64,000 nt of DNA from positions 34,226,001 through 34,290,000 of the forward strand of contig CM119372.1 in assembly GCA_051294905.1 (NCBI GenBank), given 5' to 3'. The position numbers and the translations under genes are program-made. Shown here piece after piece: positions 61,311 through 64,000 of this stretch. The DNA is from Botryllus schlosseri (Eukaryota). A model generated the notes under the pieces. The model ran no database searches and was not told the origin of the DNA. It worked only from the letters and a program-made list of their open reading frames with translations. How positions within the stretch are numbered: the stretch's first letter is position 1; each line of letters starts with the position of its first letter.

Positions 61311-61920
61311 AGAAAACGAAGCGAGAGAACTAGTTTGAGTTCAACTGGAGTCGAACTTGGTGCTCTTTCGAGTTGTACTCTTGTGGTTATGGTATTCAAT
61401 GACGATCTGAGGTTGAAGTCGGTCTCGAAATGCAGCGTTTGAGCAAGCGTTTCCCGAGTCAAGCCGTTTGCAGACTCAAGGCCTTACTCGTTCTCATTTT
61501 TACCGTTTGCCGTAAATACATTGTGGGAATTGCGCTGTGGGCATATTTGGTGCATGAATTCGCAATTTCAACTGTAATATATAGCACTGTTATAAGAAGA
61601 AAATCATGTTCTAGTGCCGTATTGCTTCATCGTTGGCTGAGTATTAGGCTATCCCCAAATCGGCGGAAATTTTTCATCAGAAAGGTTTCCGGTGGATTCG
61701 CAAAATCGGGTAATTCCTCACAACGCTATGTTCATCATTTTATATAAAACGTAGCATATGGATATGTCGAAACGAATGGAATATGAATGCTACTGAAAAA
61801 CCACACACAAGCTGTTGTCTATAATAGCGATCTTCCAATCCTAAACAAAAACTGAATCATCGGCGATGCGGACAAATGCATTTCACGATGGTAGATGACC
61901 TGGCGCTTTATGGATGTACG

Positions 61921-63214
61921 CAAGGCCGTAACAGCACTTAGTCAGCCCCCCCAAACGTTGGTCTTTGGCCCCCCCATAGGGTGATAAACCGAACTTATGG
62001 AAGGCTTCGCCCCCCAGGCCCCCTCGGCTAGTTCGTTTTTACCGCTACTTATCATCTATATTGGGTTTCCGTTTATTGAGTGAGCTTGTCTCGACTGACC
62101 GCGCGAAGCGCGAATTTTTCTTATAATTCATGATTGAATCGGTCAATATGATCGAGAATTGCATATATATTGCTATCGATTTTTATCCTTTCGCTGCTCA
62201 CGTAATCAGATTTACCGGTAGAGTGGAGTGAGGTGTGTTGGAAAAGTTAGGACCACTCAATAATAATTAAATATCTTCGGGCGTATACCTGTTGGCAGGA
62301 ACGAAACAGCACTTCGTCAAGCCCCGCAAACAAACTAGGGTCTTGGGTTCCCATAGGGTGATAACCCGACCTTCCCCCATCACGTTGTTCTCTTTTGCCG
62401 CGAAATTAGTTGTACTATTTAGTGAGCACGCGCCAGGCGCGAAAATTGTCAATAATTCATAATAAAATCTGTCAAGATCGGGAATTGCATATATATGCTA
62501 TCAATTTCTTGTCCTCTCTGCTCGCGTTATCAGATTTGCCGGTAGAGCTGAGTGGGGTGTTTTGGAAACTGTAGGGCCCGTAAATAATAGGCTAATTAAA
62601 CATCTTCAGGCGGACGGACCCGTTGGTATGACTTCGTTACATGATGTTATTTCGTGACCTCCGCTATATCAAAAATATATATAATAGCATAAATGTACTA
62701 AACTAAAAGACGCACACGATTTCAAATTGGTATTTCTTCACTGGCATATAATATTTCTCTGCGGGATGGTATTTCTCTTGTGAGGTTCAGATTGCTAAGA
62801 CAGGAACACTCGGCGTCGGTCATTTAGACGCCGATGGACAATAAACCTATACGTATCAGCATAAGCGCAGTTCTTTTCAGCCAAGGTTTTCTCGCTGCCG
62901 ATCATTCTGACACATTTTTTGGAGTCGCATGTTGGTCTAAAACTTTATATCTTGGTGCGTCGCGGCGCGGTAATGGCCTACGCCGATATGGCCATTTCTA
63001 TAAATCTTGCGTATTTTTTCTTGGGTGAAGAGTACCCAATAATCAAGATATTTGACAACTTGATATCGCGCGGAGCACGAAATAATTTTGAAAAAGCTGC
63101 ATAAATTTTCAAAAAATACTTTATAATTTATGCTAATTCACGAAATAATTTTGGGCCCCCTTCGAGCCCGCATCCCCCCCATTGGGTTTTTTTTGTGCGG
63201 CAGTTACGGTCCTG
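61921..63214. mobile_element. Family D non-autonomous element, inverted relative to 37517-38820
   Basis: Ends caaggccgtaac/gttacggtcctg; perfect TSD GATGTACG; internal duplication. Confidence 0.92.
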
Positions 63215-64000
63215 GATGTACGCAATACAATACAGTTGATAAAACCGTCCATCCCTGCCTGTGGCGGAAACGTCAACAACGCGGTACCAATACCTATCAC
63301 CAGTAATCCAATAATAGCCTGTGCTTATGCCTGAAGACTTCAGGATGAAGTCTGGTGTTTCGTTCTTGAAAAATACTTGCTTTGGCTCCTTTGGCAGTAT
63401 GTCAAATAGTCGTGCTGTTGAGCGGTGTTATTTCGTCTATACATCCAGCGTATAATTCTAATATAATGTGTTGACGTAATTGAAGGCAAATACTAGGCAA
63501 CCAATATCACATCTAAAACCGCGGATTGCCTGTTCGCTGGAAGTTAACAAAACCGCAGACGTCTGCAAGCAGTCATCAAGCTGCTGAGTAATGACTCGAA
63601 ACCGAGAAACGCTCGAAATCCTAACCGAATACCAAAAGCACTCCCGAATCGAGCTGGACTCGGCCTTTGCTCCGTTGAGCGCGACTTGAGTTTGAGACAA
63701 AGACGTGTCTCTGAATAGGAGCCTTAAATGAGCTTCAGCTTTCTTAATTGCTGATAAATAAGCACATGTGACGATGAAACCAATAATGGCATTGTCTTAT
63801 ATCAAGGAATCTTTCAGTAGAATAGCTGCTAATTGATTTACCAAAAAGTCCATTGATAGAAAACTATTTCTAGAAAAGAAATTGGATCAGTTTAGCTGTC
63901 TGCGTTCAGATCCTATCATATAATCAGTGGAAAAACAATTAAAATTGTGTGAACATTTCCATCGTCGAGGCTGTGTGAAGGTCGCCTTTCCTTTTTGACC

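Noticed and set aside
63240..63930. GPCR TM6 exon or retroelement RT fragment
   Set aside because: No phase-compatible TM6 exon found; the LIADK..SYIKE resemblance to RT is interrupted by stops and too weak.

Overview
AT-rich eukaryotic (metazoan) genomic DNA with GT-AG introns; an invertebrate chordate such as a tunicate is my inference, not something the sequence proves. Most of the window is transposon-derived. I resolved about 25 non-autonomous or decayed hAT elements by terminal inverted repeat (TIR) plus 8-bp target-site duplication (TSD), many nested 2-3 deep. Also present are a Chapaev3 (CMC) element, a decayed Penelope-like retroelement carrying a minimal hammerhead ribozyme motif, and two tRNA-derived SINE families. 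Host genes: (1) an uninterrupted 22-finger C2H2 zinc-finger ORF (42963-44858, +) whose last four codons and stop come from the TIR of an inserted hAT element, with decayed extra fingers beyond the insertion; (2) the last two coding exons (TM7 NPxxY and C-tail) of a class A GPCR (60587-58732, -); (3) a TE-disrupted GPCR pseudogene at about 500-5197 (-), plus other GPCR relics. No prokaryotic systems, CRISPR arrays, rRNA or true tRNA genes were seen. Family letters A-H are my own working labels. Most short ORFs in the ORF track are spurious.
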